This document shows positions 1-8,426 of a stretch of 64,000 nucleotides of DNA, one piece after another. The notes under the pieces were generated by a model, which did no database searches, was not told where the DNA came from, and was given only the letters and a program-made list of their open reading frames with translations. Where the stretch lies: contig CAZYRK010000001.1 in NCBI GenBank assembly GCA_964650475.1, forward strand, positions 8,356 through 72,355, in the 5' to 3' direction. This DNA comes from an uncultured Candidatus Saccharibacteria bacterium (GTDB taxonomy: Bacteria > Patescibacteriota > Minisyncoccia > Phycocordibacterales > Phycocordibacteraceae). How positions within the stretch are numbered: position 1 is the first letter of the stretch; every line of letters begins with the position of its first letter. The position numbers and the translations under genes are program-made.

Positions 1-1250
1 ATTAATTTGTTTTCATTGTCATTGAGTGGATATCCAAAATCATCTTTTTTATCATAAGTAATCAATGCGTTTAACTTACTGTCATTTATACCAGTCTTTG
101 TTTTTAAATACTTACTCAAAGACTGATCCACCATATATTCAACAATTTGTCTTGGCGTATAAAAACTACCAGTACGTTTACGCTCACTAATTCCTGACGT
201 TTCGTCAATTTCTGCCAATAGATTCTCAAATATTCGCCCAAGCATCTCAGGGTCAACGGATATCTCCTGGTCAATGACAGTATTTTCATCAATGGTAAAG
301 TTATAGTTTTCAAGTATTCCAAAAAAATCCTTAAACCACTTATCAGATATTTTGAGAGTATTTATATGTTTTGATACTCCAAGCTGTATATCAAGGTCAT
401 AATAATCATCATACTGTGGACTAAATAAACCACCGTTCAAATATGGGACTTTGTCATATAAATCACTTTTAATATGTCGATTATCAATCTCTGTGTTCAA
501 AATCTCAAAAAACAATCTCTCTAGCACTTCATGATAATAACCATTATTTACTGCGCCGGAAGAAAGCAGTTCATCCGGTATGAGTTGCCCTCTATCTGAT
601 TTTTTTTGTTTTAGAAACCAGCAAAACATTATGCGCCCTATTAGCCGGACTGCGAAGTTTTTTCTTATATTCACTTCAGCTCCAGAAGGCATATTGAAGA
701 TATTGTTTCCTTCTGAAACCAGCTCGTCAAAATATTTAGCGATAGATAAATAGAATTGTTTATTTACAACATCCAGGGAGAACCTGTTTTGTAAATCTTC
801 AAAATCTTTAACTATGCCCTTCGCGATAAGAAACTTGGTTGGCGTATGTATTTTTGCGTTTTCTCCCAAGAAAAATGAAAAGCGCCGCGGATTGGAGAAT
901 TCTCTTGTCATTTTACCTTTCTCGTTTAAGACCGGCATCATAGTCATAAGTGACAATCTCCAGTCATTGTCTTTATTTGATTTATATACTATCAATGCAC
1001 GCTTCTCGGAATAATCTTTCATAATTCTAAAACCGTCTGTCGCAAGAGCTATGCGCGGATCGTTAATGGAATTATGCATCACTTCAAAGACGGCGAGTTC
1101 CAACTCGTCATCTCTACCAAGTAAATTTACTTCTTTTATTTCTTTCAGATTTTTTACTCCTACTGGGACTACATCTTTACTGAAATTAGGGAGGAAATTA
1201 TTTAAGAACTCAAGAAAATCACTTCGATTATATTCTTTATCTAATCTCAT
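1..1250 (-). CDS. N6-adenine DNA methyltransferase, Eco57I/type IIG/PglX-like; N-terminal ~416 aa only, the gene runs off the window start
   Basis: My own reverse-strand translation from the ATG at 1250..1248 is open to position 1 with no stop. It is missing from the supplied ORF track, presumably because there is no in-window stop. It reads ...VDPEMLGRIFENLLAEIDETSGISERKRTGSFYTPRQIVEYMVDQSL..., i.e. the LGxxFExxL and GxFYTP motifs of gamma-class N6A MTases. The NPPY motif would lie beyond the window. The start overlaps the upstream helicase stop as ATGA (1247-1250). Confidence 0.7.
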   Translation of the reverse strand, partial: MRLDKEYNRSDFLEFLNNFLPNFSKDVVPVGVKNLKEIKEVNLLGRDDELELAVFEVMHNSINDPRIALATDGFRIMKDYSEKRALIVYKSNKDNDWRLSLMTMMPVLNEKGKMTREFSNPRRFSFFLGENAKIHTPTKFLIAKGIVKDFEDLQNRFSLDVVNKQFYLSIAKYFDELVSEGNNIFNMPSGAEVNIRKNFAVRLIGRIMFCWFLKQKKSDRGQLIPDELLSSGAVNNGYYHEVLERLFFEILNTEIDNRHIKSDLYDKVPYLNGGLFSPQYDDYYDLDIQLGVSKHINTLKISDKWFKDFFGILENYNFTIDENTVIDQEISVDPEMLGRIFENLLAEIDETSGISERKRTGSFYTPRQIVEYMVDQSLSKYLKTKTGINDSKLNALITYDKKDDFGYPLNDNENKL

Positions 1251-4200
1251 AGTCTTATATCTTCACTTAGGACAACTGTCTCGCCCTCATTCTCTTGTTG
1301 CTCTACGCGATTCATTATTGTAGTTATTTGGTGTTCCGGCATGATTTCTCGGAGCTCATTATACGCATCTTCACTGTTGGACATATCTAATCTGATTATC
1401 CTTTTTAAATCTCCTTCATTAACAGCATCATACTTTTTGATAATGTTATGCAAATCCTTACAATATCCTTTCGCTTGAGGTACTGTGGTTTCTATCAGCT
1501 CAATCACGCCAATAGCATCACCGCGCCTACCCAAAGATGGCAAAAGCGGCGGCTTTGCAAATAAAGTGTTTCGCACCAACTTAAACACCTCATCATATTG
1601 AACGTCTGCCTTTGTGCTTTGTTCATCTACTGTTGCCTTAAAATATTCAAGAGCCTCCGCTGCCGAGGTGATGACCGGTAACTGGTCTGTCGCGCGTTTA
1701 ACTGCAAAAATACTATCGACGCCTTTTTTCCCAAAGGCTATTACTGCAGGATTTTCACTGTTTGTGCGTACAATACGACTTCTCGGGAGTATCTGTAGCG
1801 CTTCGTCAAACACTCCCTTATCTTTTTTGGCATTATTATAATCTTCTTTGTACTTCGCATCCCAGGTCTCTTGCTCGGCGTCTTTGTCAGCATCTTCCAA
1901 CTGTTCTTTAAAGAAACTCTCTAGTTTCTCATCATCTGTGAGTGTTTTTGTATCACTGCCTATAACAGCATTTATCAAACGCATTTTCAATGTAGAGATT
2001 TCTTTAATTCGTATATGTTTTTCTCCTATCATCGTAGGAAAACAATTATATATATGCAATTCATCAAATACTCTTTTATTTATTCTGTTTATGCGTCCAA
2101 TTCTTTGGATTACACGTGTTGGGTTGTACGGTATGTCGTAATTGATAATGATGCCAGCTCTATGGAGATTGTAGCCCTCACTAAGAGCATCTGTAGTTAT
2201 TAAGATGTCATAATCATTATTCTGTTCTTTCTCAGGGACACCTGCATCAAAGTCTTTTCGTATTATTACTTTTGCGGATTGTCCTGTATCTTTTGCCGTA
2301 TATTTAAATATCCTTTTTACACCTCGTTTTTCAAGCTCTGCATATAGATAGTTTACTGTATCTGCATAAGTAGAAAATATAATTATTTTTCTTTTCTTAT
2401 TTTCTTTTAGAAATTCTTCCAGCTTATCCTTTACGGTATCTAGTTTCGGGTCAAAATCATTTTGAGGTGGGCAGTCTTTTGCAAACCAATCATCGTATAT
2501 TTCTTTTAAAACTCTTTTGTCTTGACGGACTTTTTCAATAAACTCATCTTTAAACATTTCTTTCTCTATAGCTATAAGACCAGGCGTTGTTTCCAGTTTT
2601 TCTATTTCTTTTTCTGCTAGTTGCTCATCTATACCATCAGAAACCTCATCATCTGTTGTATTAAGCAGAGTATCCGGATCCGGGATTGCTCCTTTTTTCA
2701 TTATTGGAACCTTACCGAGAATATCCCACCACTGTTCAACAATATTTGTTGAATCTAACATTTTTAAAAGAGTGGAACGAAAAGCATCTTTAGAACTCTC
2801 AAAGCGCGCTACAAGAAGCCGGCGCATAAATTTCGCAAGGTTTGTTTGAGCTGTTTGTAGGTCTTTATCATCAAAATATTCACCGTACTCTTTTAAGAAA
2901 TCTTTCCGTTTGTCTTCCTTAATGTATGTTGTTGGTTTATATCGTGCACCTACGAATCCATTCTCTACACCATTTTCAACTAATTTAGATAGAGTTTTAT
3001 TATACAAATCAAACAGATCTCCCAAATCATAGCTAAGCAATTTCGGTGGTTTTACTTCTGAAAAAACAATATTTTGACGTTTAAGATCTTCCGCATACGT
3101 AGTTATCCTTTTTAGATCTAGACGTGAGCGCCGCACAATAACATTTTCAATTAACCGCCTTAATTCACCAGCAATCTCATCTGCTTCTTTATTTATACCT
3201 TCTTTTTCTAGTTTTCCATTTATGCGAGCCGTGTTAAGTTTTTTATAACGGTCTATCAATTCTCTAAAACGTAAGCTGAGGTTATCTACTGAACGTATTG
3301 TTGATGACCCCGGTATTTGAAATAACTTAACAAGCGCAAATATATCCTTAGGATTGTTATTAAATGGCGTGGCGGTAAGTAATACAATTTTATTATCTTT
3401 GTGTGAATTGCATATGTGGTGCAACAATCGATAATCATTTATGTCTTCATTACGATATCGGTGTGCCTCATCTACGATTATAAGAATCGGTTCATTGCTA
3501 TCTTTGTACTTATCATAGACCTCTTGTATCTTGCCGGAACTGTATACACGAGCACCGGGTAGCTTAAATTCCGCCTGATAATCTTCCCACTGTTCTTTAA
3601 GGTGTGGTGGTGCGATTATTATCACTGGTAATCCAACGTTATAAGCTACTGCCGAAGCTATAATACTCTTCCCAAGACCAACAACATCAGCAAGTATGAG
3701 ACCATTGTATTTATTTAATTTATCTATTGCAATTTTTATTGCTTCTGTTTGATACTCCAAGTCAAAGTACTTATTATTAGTTATTTCTCCCGGTGTTTTT
3801 ATTATTCTTTCTTCTTCATATGAGAACAACTCATGCAAAACTCTTACATATACAGCATATGGACTTGGCCGTGCATATACCCAGAGTTTTTCCTTTATAT
3901 TTTTTAAAAATTCATCTTTATTTTCCTTTGTGGCTATTTCTACATTCTCAGCATCAGCCCATTTTTTCTCAAATCTATCTGTATGTCTTTCGTACACTCC
4001 CTCGTCACTAAGTTTTTCATTAACTTCTTCTTGATTCAATAATCCCTGAAATGTAAAGTTACTGGAGCCCATAAATACAAACCCATGGTTATTATTTACA
4101 TCTTTCACTTCTGATTCGTTGTGAAGTATGTACACTTTGCCATGTGCTTTCTTCGACGTGAGCTTTATCTCCAATGTTCCATTAGCAACTTTTTCTTCAA

Positions 4201-4600
4201 GAACTTTATATGCCCCTTGGCTTTCTGTATTGTCAAATAAAGCAGATTGATTACTTAATTCTATAAATCCTTTAACGTATGTTTGCTTCTTTGCGCTATA
4301 TGATGTTTGCCCGGTTCTAGGTTGGTATGGACTAAGATCAACAGTATCGCCCTCTTGTTTAATCCGCGTTAAAAGCCCCGGTATTGCATCAGGGTCTATA
4401 TATGTACCGACAAGGATACGCACTTGTTTATCTTTTAAAGACTCTGCTAGTAGTTGCCACCCTGAAAAATAGAAGAAAGCAACCTCAATATCTACCCTAT
4501 CAGTATTAGATAATGCACTAATAAGCGCACTGCTCATTGTGATCTCATTATTATCTATAATCTTGGCTGAATTATCCATAATTACACCATATAATAACAT
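1247..4600 (-). CDS. PLD-family (single HKD) nuclease domain fused to an SNF2/DEAH-family helicase (1117 aa)
   Basis: N-terminus has an HKD-like motif, AHGKVYILHNE...GSSNFTFQGL. Then Walker A ADVVGLGKS, DEAH box IIVDEAHRY, a TATP motif, and helicase-C motifs TDALSEGYNLH...IQRIGRINRI. It is translationally coupled to the downstream MTase. Confidence 0.8.
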   Translation of the reverse strand: MLLYGVIMDNSAKIIDNNEITMSSALISALSNTDRVDIEVAFFYFSGWQLLAESLKDKQVRILVGTYIDPDAIPGLLTRIKQEGDTVDLSPYQPRTGQTSYSAKKQTYVKGFIELSNQSALFDNTESQGAYKVLEEKVANGTLEIKLTSKKAHGKVYILHNESEVKDVNNNHGFVFMGSSNFTFQGLLNQEEVNEKLSDEGVYERHTDRFEKKWADAENVEIATKENKDEFLKNIKEKLWVYARPSPYAVYVRVLHELFSYEEERIIKTPGEITNNKYFDLEYQTEAIKIAIDKLNKYNGLILADVVGLGKSIIASAVAYNVGLPVIIIAPPHLKEQWEDYQAEFKLPGARVYSSGKIQEVYDKYKDSNEPILIIVDEAHRYRNEDINDYRLLHHICNSHKDNKIVLLTATPFNNNPKDIFALVKLFQIPGSSTIRSVDNLSLRFRELIDRYKKLNTARINGKLEKEGINKEADEIAGELRRLIENVIVRRSRLDLKRITTYAEDLKRQNIVFSEVKPPKLLSYDLGDLFDLYNKTLSKLVENGVENGFVGARYKPTTYIKEDKRKDFLKEYGEYFDDKDLQTAQTNLAKFMRRLLVARFESSKDAFRSTLLKMLDSTNIVEQWWDILGKVPIMKKGAIPDPDTLLNTTDDEVSDGIDEQLAEKEIEKLETTPGLIAIEKEMFKDEFIEKVRQDKRVLKEIYDDWFAKDCPPQNDFDPKLDTVKDKLEEFLKENKKRKIIIFSTYADTVNYLYAELEKRGVKRIFKYTAKDTGQSAKVIIRKDFDAGVPEKEQNNDYDILITTDALSEGYNLHRAGIIINYDIPYNPTRVIQRIGRINRINKRVFDELHIYNCFPTMIGEKHIRIKEISTLKMRLINAVIGSDTKTLTDDEKLESFFKEQLEDADKDAEQETWDAKYKEDYNNAKKDKGVFDEALQILPRSRIVRTNSENPAVIAFGKKGVDSIFAVKRATDQLPVITSAAEALEYFKATVDEQSTKADVQYDEVFKLVRNTLFAKPPLLPSLGRRGDAIGVIELIETTVPQAKGYCKDLHNIIKKYDAVNEGDLKRIIRLDMSNSEDAYNELREIMPEHQITTIMNRVEQQENEGETVVLSEDIRL

Positions 4601-4896
4601 TTTCCTTGTTATTATAATAATTTAATTTTACTTATATAAATTCCATTCTCTATGGAGATTTATCAAAAAAAATTAGTTATTATAACTGATTTACAATATT
4701 TCAGCTTTATTTGTATTCAGTTTTTAAAAAGACATAACTACTACAATGGGTGTAACTAAACATAATTTACACATATTTTATATGTTTTTGCATAACTCAG
4801 AAGTATTTATTTACTTCCAAAACATCTAAATTTTTTTTAGAAACTTGTTAAGGACTCCTTACTTACGTTCGTTACAAACATACTATATATTACTAG

Positions 4897-4935
4897 GCGG
4901 AGTTTTTTGTTAAGAATATTTTTGACCTAAACGTG
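4897..4935. repeat. degenerate third copy of the tRNA-Glu 3'-flank/att-like repeat
   Basis: ggcggagttttttgttaagaatatttttgacctaaacgtgag matches cggagtttttcgttaagaatgtttttgtgaccctacgggg of the 6523-6650 and 6759-6873 repeats at about 34 of 40 positions. Confidence 0.35.
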
Positions 4936-5166
4936 AGACTTGCAGAAAAAGTATCACAAATGGTTAAATTAAAAATTCAATTCAAAATATATAACCTGTT
5001 CTTGCTTGACCTTTTTTTGTTGTTCTTGAACACTTTTATAAAAAGTTTTACAAAATACAATCAGTCCGGCAGCATCTGCAATGCCGCCGGACTGAAAACC
5101 AAACAAATAAGACGCTTTATCAGCTTGGTCTCAAGCTGCTGTTCAGATTAGCGAGCCGTTTGTTAA

Positions 5167-6312
5167 TTATTTAGTTTCTCCTTTTAAGGGCAGAAAATCA
5201 TTCTCATCGAGCGCGCGCATTATTCCACGCAACAGATATCCGTTTGATATTTTAATCATATATTTGCGCGACTTCTTCTTAATTGGGATAATAAGTTTAT
5301 TATTTCTCATACTGCGTAAAAAACGAGATATTTCAGTATGTGCTGTGTTCTCCGGAAACAAATGTTTTATGTCCGACGCTTGAAATTCGGTCTTTTCAAT
5401 CGCAATAACCAACACCTTCTTTTCTTTTTCATTTATCACCTTTCTTTCTTTGGCATATTCAATTGCTTTGTATAAAATATTTTCTTTAAGAAAATTGTAA
5501 TCCGCCAATTTATCAATTTTTGCAATTTCTTTTGATAAACCCTTTAACACATATTCCGACCAAGCAAGCACATCTTCATCTTTACCTGAATCAGCCGTCT
5601 CTAACATGTCATAGTATTTATTTCTATCACTACAAAATACTGCGGTTGGGTTTATAAGTCGTCCTTTTTCCAAATTAAACCCTTGCCTTATAAGCATGGC
5701 GTATGTCAAAGCTCGCACAGTACGACCGTTTCCGTTACCAAACGGGTGTATCCATGCAAAACGATGGTGTACAATCGCTGTTTTTAGCAAATCAAATTGT
5801 GGGTCATTTTTGTTATTTATAAAACCCATAAGTTCTTCCATATAACCCGGCACTTGTAAATGGTCCGGCGGGGTGTATTTAGATTTATTTATTGCCACAT
5901 TATGCGTACGGTATTGACCCGGGGTCGTATCACCCTCACGGGTAAGATTATTTACAATAATCTTTTGTATCTCACGTATGAACATGTGATTTATAGGCAT
6001 TGTTGCGCTATTTTCTTCTACAAAACCCATGACACGTTCATTGTTTTGAATTTCAAGAATACCTTCTGGCGGATTTTTTTCAGGAGTTATTTTACTCTCA
6101 ACATATTCAGCAATTGTTGTTCTGTTACCCTCAATACGCGTTGACCCAATACTTTCAAGTAAATGGAAAATCTCTTTAAGCTGAAAAAAAATGGTAGAAG
6201 GGGTGGTTCCGCCAAGTCGTGAATGTCGCATTCTGTCAAGCTCGAGTATAAGCTTGGTCAATTCTGAGCCAAATTTCGGCTCCGGAAGATGTAATTTATT
6301 ATAAGAAGACAT
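5167..6312 (-). CDS. Fic/DOC family protein (AMPylase-type), class II with an N-terminal inhibitory motif
   Basis: Canonical Fic motif HPFGNGNGRTVRAL. An (S/T)xxxE(G/N) inhibitory-helix motif, STRIEGN, lies in the N-terminal region. The C-terminus looks like a winged helix. Confidence 0.85.
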   Translation of the reverse strand: MSSYNKLHLPEPKFGSELTKLILELDRMRHSRLGGTTPSTIFFQLKEIFHLLESIGSTRIEGNRTTIAEYVESKITPEKNPPEGILEIQNNERVMGFVEENSATMPINHMFIREIQKIIVNNLTREGDTTPGQYRTHNVAINKSKYTPPDHLQVPGYMEELMGFINNKNDPQFDLLKTAIVHHRFAWIHPFGNGNGRTVRALTYAMLIRQGFNLEKGRLINPTAVFCSDRNKYYDMLETADSGKDEDVLAWSEYVLKGLSKEIAKIDKLADYNFLKENILYKAIEYAKERKVINEKEKKVLVIAIEKTEFQASDIKHLFPENTAHTEISRFLRSMRNNKLIIPIKKKSRKYMIKISNGYLLRGIMRALDENDFLPLKGETK

Positions 6313-6522
6313 GTAACAAATCTAAATTAAAGATGTAACATAATACTAGCAAGACCCCTTGTTTTAAGCAATTTTATACACAGTGTATTAAAAATAGATG
6401 TAACATCGCATGTTCACGACAAGTAACAATCGTTCCAAACAAAATGCCCCAAACTGCCTTTTCATTCTCAATCTCAATCCGTTTGTTTGATTGTCTAGTG
6501 TAACAAAACAACACAAAACTAC

Positions 6523-6650
6523 CCTGCCGGCGGTTCGACTCCCACAAACGGTGCGAAGGCACCGTTTTCGTATGCTCACAATATATTCTAAAACGAAAAA
6601 CTCCTGTCGGAGTTTTTCGTTAAGAATGTTTTTGTGACCCTACGGGGATT
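6523..6650. repeat. direct repeat copy A: last 13 nt of tRNA-Glu plus about 115 bp of its 3' flank (attL/attR-like)
   Basis: ccggcggttcgactcccacaaacggtgcgaaggcaccg...gtttttgtgaccctacgggg is near-identical to 6759-6873, with 2 mismatches. It ends with tgaccctacgggg, the reverse complement of the tRNA-Glu 3' terminus. Confidence 0.7.
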
Positions 6651-6758
6651 GATCCTGACGGTCACTAAGCTCGCGAGCTCGCTAAGTGCCGCGGGACACG
6701 CCTCGTCTGTCGCTTTCTTCGCTCAGCCAGCTTCACTTGTAGCGACATGACTCCGGCG

Positions 6759-6873
6759 GTTCGACTCCCACAAACGGTGCGAAGGCACCGTTTTCGTATG
6801 CTCACAATATATTCTAAAACAAAAAACTCCTGACGGAGTTTTTCGTTAAGAATGTTTTTGTGACCCTACGGGG
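6759..6873. repeat. direct repeat copy B: the genuine 3' flank of tRNA-Glu, overlapping the tRNA 3' end
   Basis: Same 115-bp sequence as 6523-6650, continuing into the intact tRNA. Confidence 0.7.
6806..6843 (-). terminator. rho-independent terminator downstream of tRNA-Glu
   Basis: Hairpin aaaaactcc-tgac-ggagttttt followed on the minus strand by TTTTTTGTTTT. It is duplicated inside repeat copy A. Confidence 0.55.
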
Positions 6874-6932
6874 AGTCGAACCCCGATTACCACCGTGAGA
6901 GGGTGATGTCCTAGCCATTAGACGATAGGGCC
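6861..6932 (-). tRNA. tRNA-Glu (anticodon CTC)
   Basis: Hand-folded cloverleaf: acceptor GGCCCTA/TAGGGTC, D-stem GTCT/GGAC, anticodon stem TCACC/GGTGG with loop CTCTCAC (T33, anticodon CTC, A37), T-stem CGGGG/CCCCG with loop TTCGACT. CCA is not encoded. Confidence 0.85.
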
Positions 6933-7136
6933 TGTTTTTCTATTTTTTGTGTGCGTTTTATGTGCGATTGGAGCGCAATTTTCTAACTTTCGGAGCACAT
7001 ACCGATAAAATACTTATACCAGAAAACTGCTGTTGGTGCCAGACATGTCAAAAATAAAAACGGCTTTTTTGATACGTACTTCCCTCTTTTTTAACCGTTA
7101 TCTGTATAACTTTTTGTGTAACTTAATTCCAAAAAA

Positions 7137-8426
7137 TTACTTCTGTCGCCACTCGCGCTCCTGGCGAACAAGGTTTTTAATATCCGAGGAGTCTGCTAGA
7201 AGTGCTTTTACAATATACTCCGTACGTACACTTTGCGAACCTTTCACAAGGAATACGTCTCCTGCCTGCGCCAGCTGTGTTATCGGCTGTATAGCGTCTT
7301 TGGCGGTATCAAAAGTATATACATTTTCTTTCGAAAGCCCGGCTTCGCGCGCGGAGTCTGCGACTCCGCGCGCGCGCACACCAACAGTGACAACGATATC
7401 CGCAACTTCAGCTACCAGCTTCCCCGCTCGCTGATGCTCTTCCACAGAATAGCGACCAAGCTCTAGCATGTCGCCCAAAATTGCAATCTTACGTTTTGCT
7501 TGTGTAAGAGTACGCAATGTATTGAGTGCTTCATCGACTGCGGAAGGAGAAGCGTTGTACGAATCATCGATAATGCAAGAATTGTTTATTCCACGGAAAA
7601 TTCTACCTCGACCTGGTGGCGGAACATGTCCTTTAAGACCTGAAAAAGCATCTTCAAGAGAAACGTTAAGCGCGCGAGCCACTGCGAGCGCAACAGCAGA
7701 TGGAGCAAGCTGTTGTCTACCTATCGACCCGCGAACCACCAAAGAGTGCGTACCACCATCAATGCAGACATCCGCTTGCATTCCGGCAATATGACCGTCT
7801 TCCATAAAAGTACGGATATTTGAAAGCTTAACATCGGCATCGTTTTCTATGCTGTACGTAATAACGCGCGCCGGTAGGCGCGCGGACATTGTTACTGCAT
7901 ATTTATCATCTGCGGAAACAATGAGCGGTGCTGATGGAGCGAGTGCGTATGCCGGAGCGAACTCTTCGTCACGTACAGACTGCGTTGTCGGATAAGCCTC
8001 AACATGAACAGGAACTTCAGGTAGGCGTGTCACAACAACAACGTCAGGAGTAACGATACGTAAAATATGCTCTAAGTCTCCGGGTCTGTCCGCTCCGACC
8101 TCAAGCACCAACATTTTAGGATAATGGTTTGGCAAAACCAGCACTGCTAGCGCTTCAAAAAAAACTTTTATCCACGCAAACAAATTTCCCCACGGATTTT
8201 TGGAACCGATGATAGTGAGAGGTACTCCAAATTCACTGTTGTAACTTTTCTCACTCTTTCGCAAAAAGAAGCTGTTTGAAAGTGCTGTTGCAATAGCATC
8301 TTTGGTAGAAGTTTTTCCAACACTTCCGGTAACCATAATTATTCGCGGATTGTACTTGCGTATAATTCCACGCGAAAGAACTGCTAAAAATGAAGCGACT
8401 ATACTGCGTCCAAAACTTTTTATCAT
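7137..8426 (-). CDS. murF: UDP-N-acetylmuramoyl-tripeptide--D-alanyl-D-alanine ligase
   Basis: Mur ligase P-loop IIMVTGSVGKTSTKD. It is the last gene of an mraZ-rsmH-ftsL-ftsI-murF cluster. Confidence 0.8.
   Translation of the reverse strand: MIKSFGRSIVASFLAVLSRGIIRKYNPRIIMVTGSVGKTSTKDAIATALSNSFFLRKSEKSYNSEFGVPLTIIGSKNPWGNLFAWIKVFFEALAVLVLPNHYPKMLVLEVGADRPGDLEHILRIVTPDVVVVTRLPEVPVHVEAYPTTQSVRDEEFAPAYALAPSAPLIVSADDKYAVTMSARLPARVITYSIENDADVKLSNIRTFMEDGHIAGMQADVCIDGGTHSLVVRGSIGRQQLAPSAVALAVARALNVSLEDAFSGLKGHVPPPGRGRIFRGINNSCIIDDSYNASPSAVDEALNTLRTLTQAKRKIAILGDMLELGRYSVEEHQRAGKLVAEVADIVVTVGVRARGVADSAREAGLSKENVYTFDTAKDAIQPITQLAQAGDVFLVKGSQSVRTEYIVKALLADSSDIKNLVRQEREWRQK

Noticed and set aside
116-322. 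68-aa minus-strand ORF in the ORF track
   Set aside because: It lies entirely inside the edge-truncated methyltransferase gene but in a different frame, so it is a shadow ORF.
4933-5151. 72-aa low-complexity ORF in the AT-rich spacer between the Fic and helicase genes
   Set aside because: It is poly-Leu/Phe low complexity in a 25%-GC region, so it is more likely the promoter or UTR of the helicase operon.
6374-6579. Two overlapping ~62-aa ORFs
   Set aside because: They overlap the att-like direct repeat and terminator hairpin and have no coding signal.
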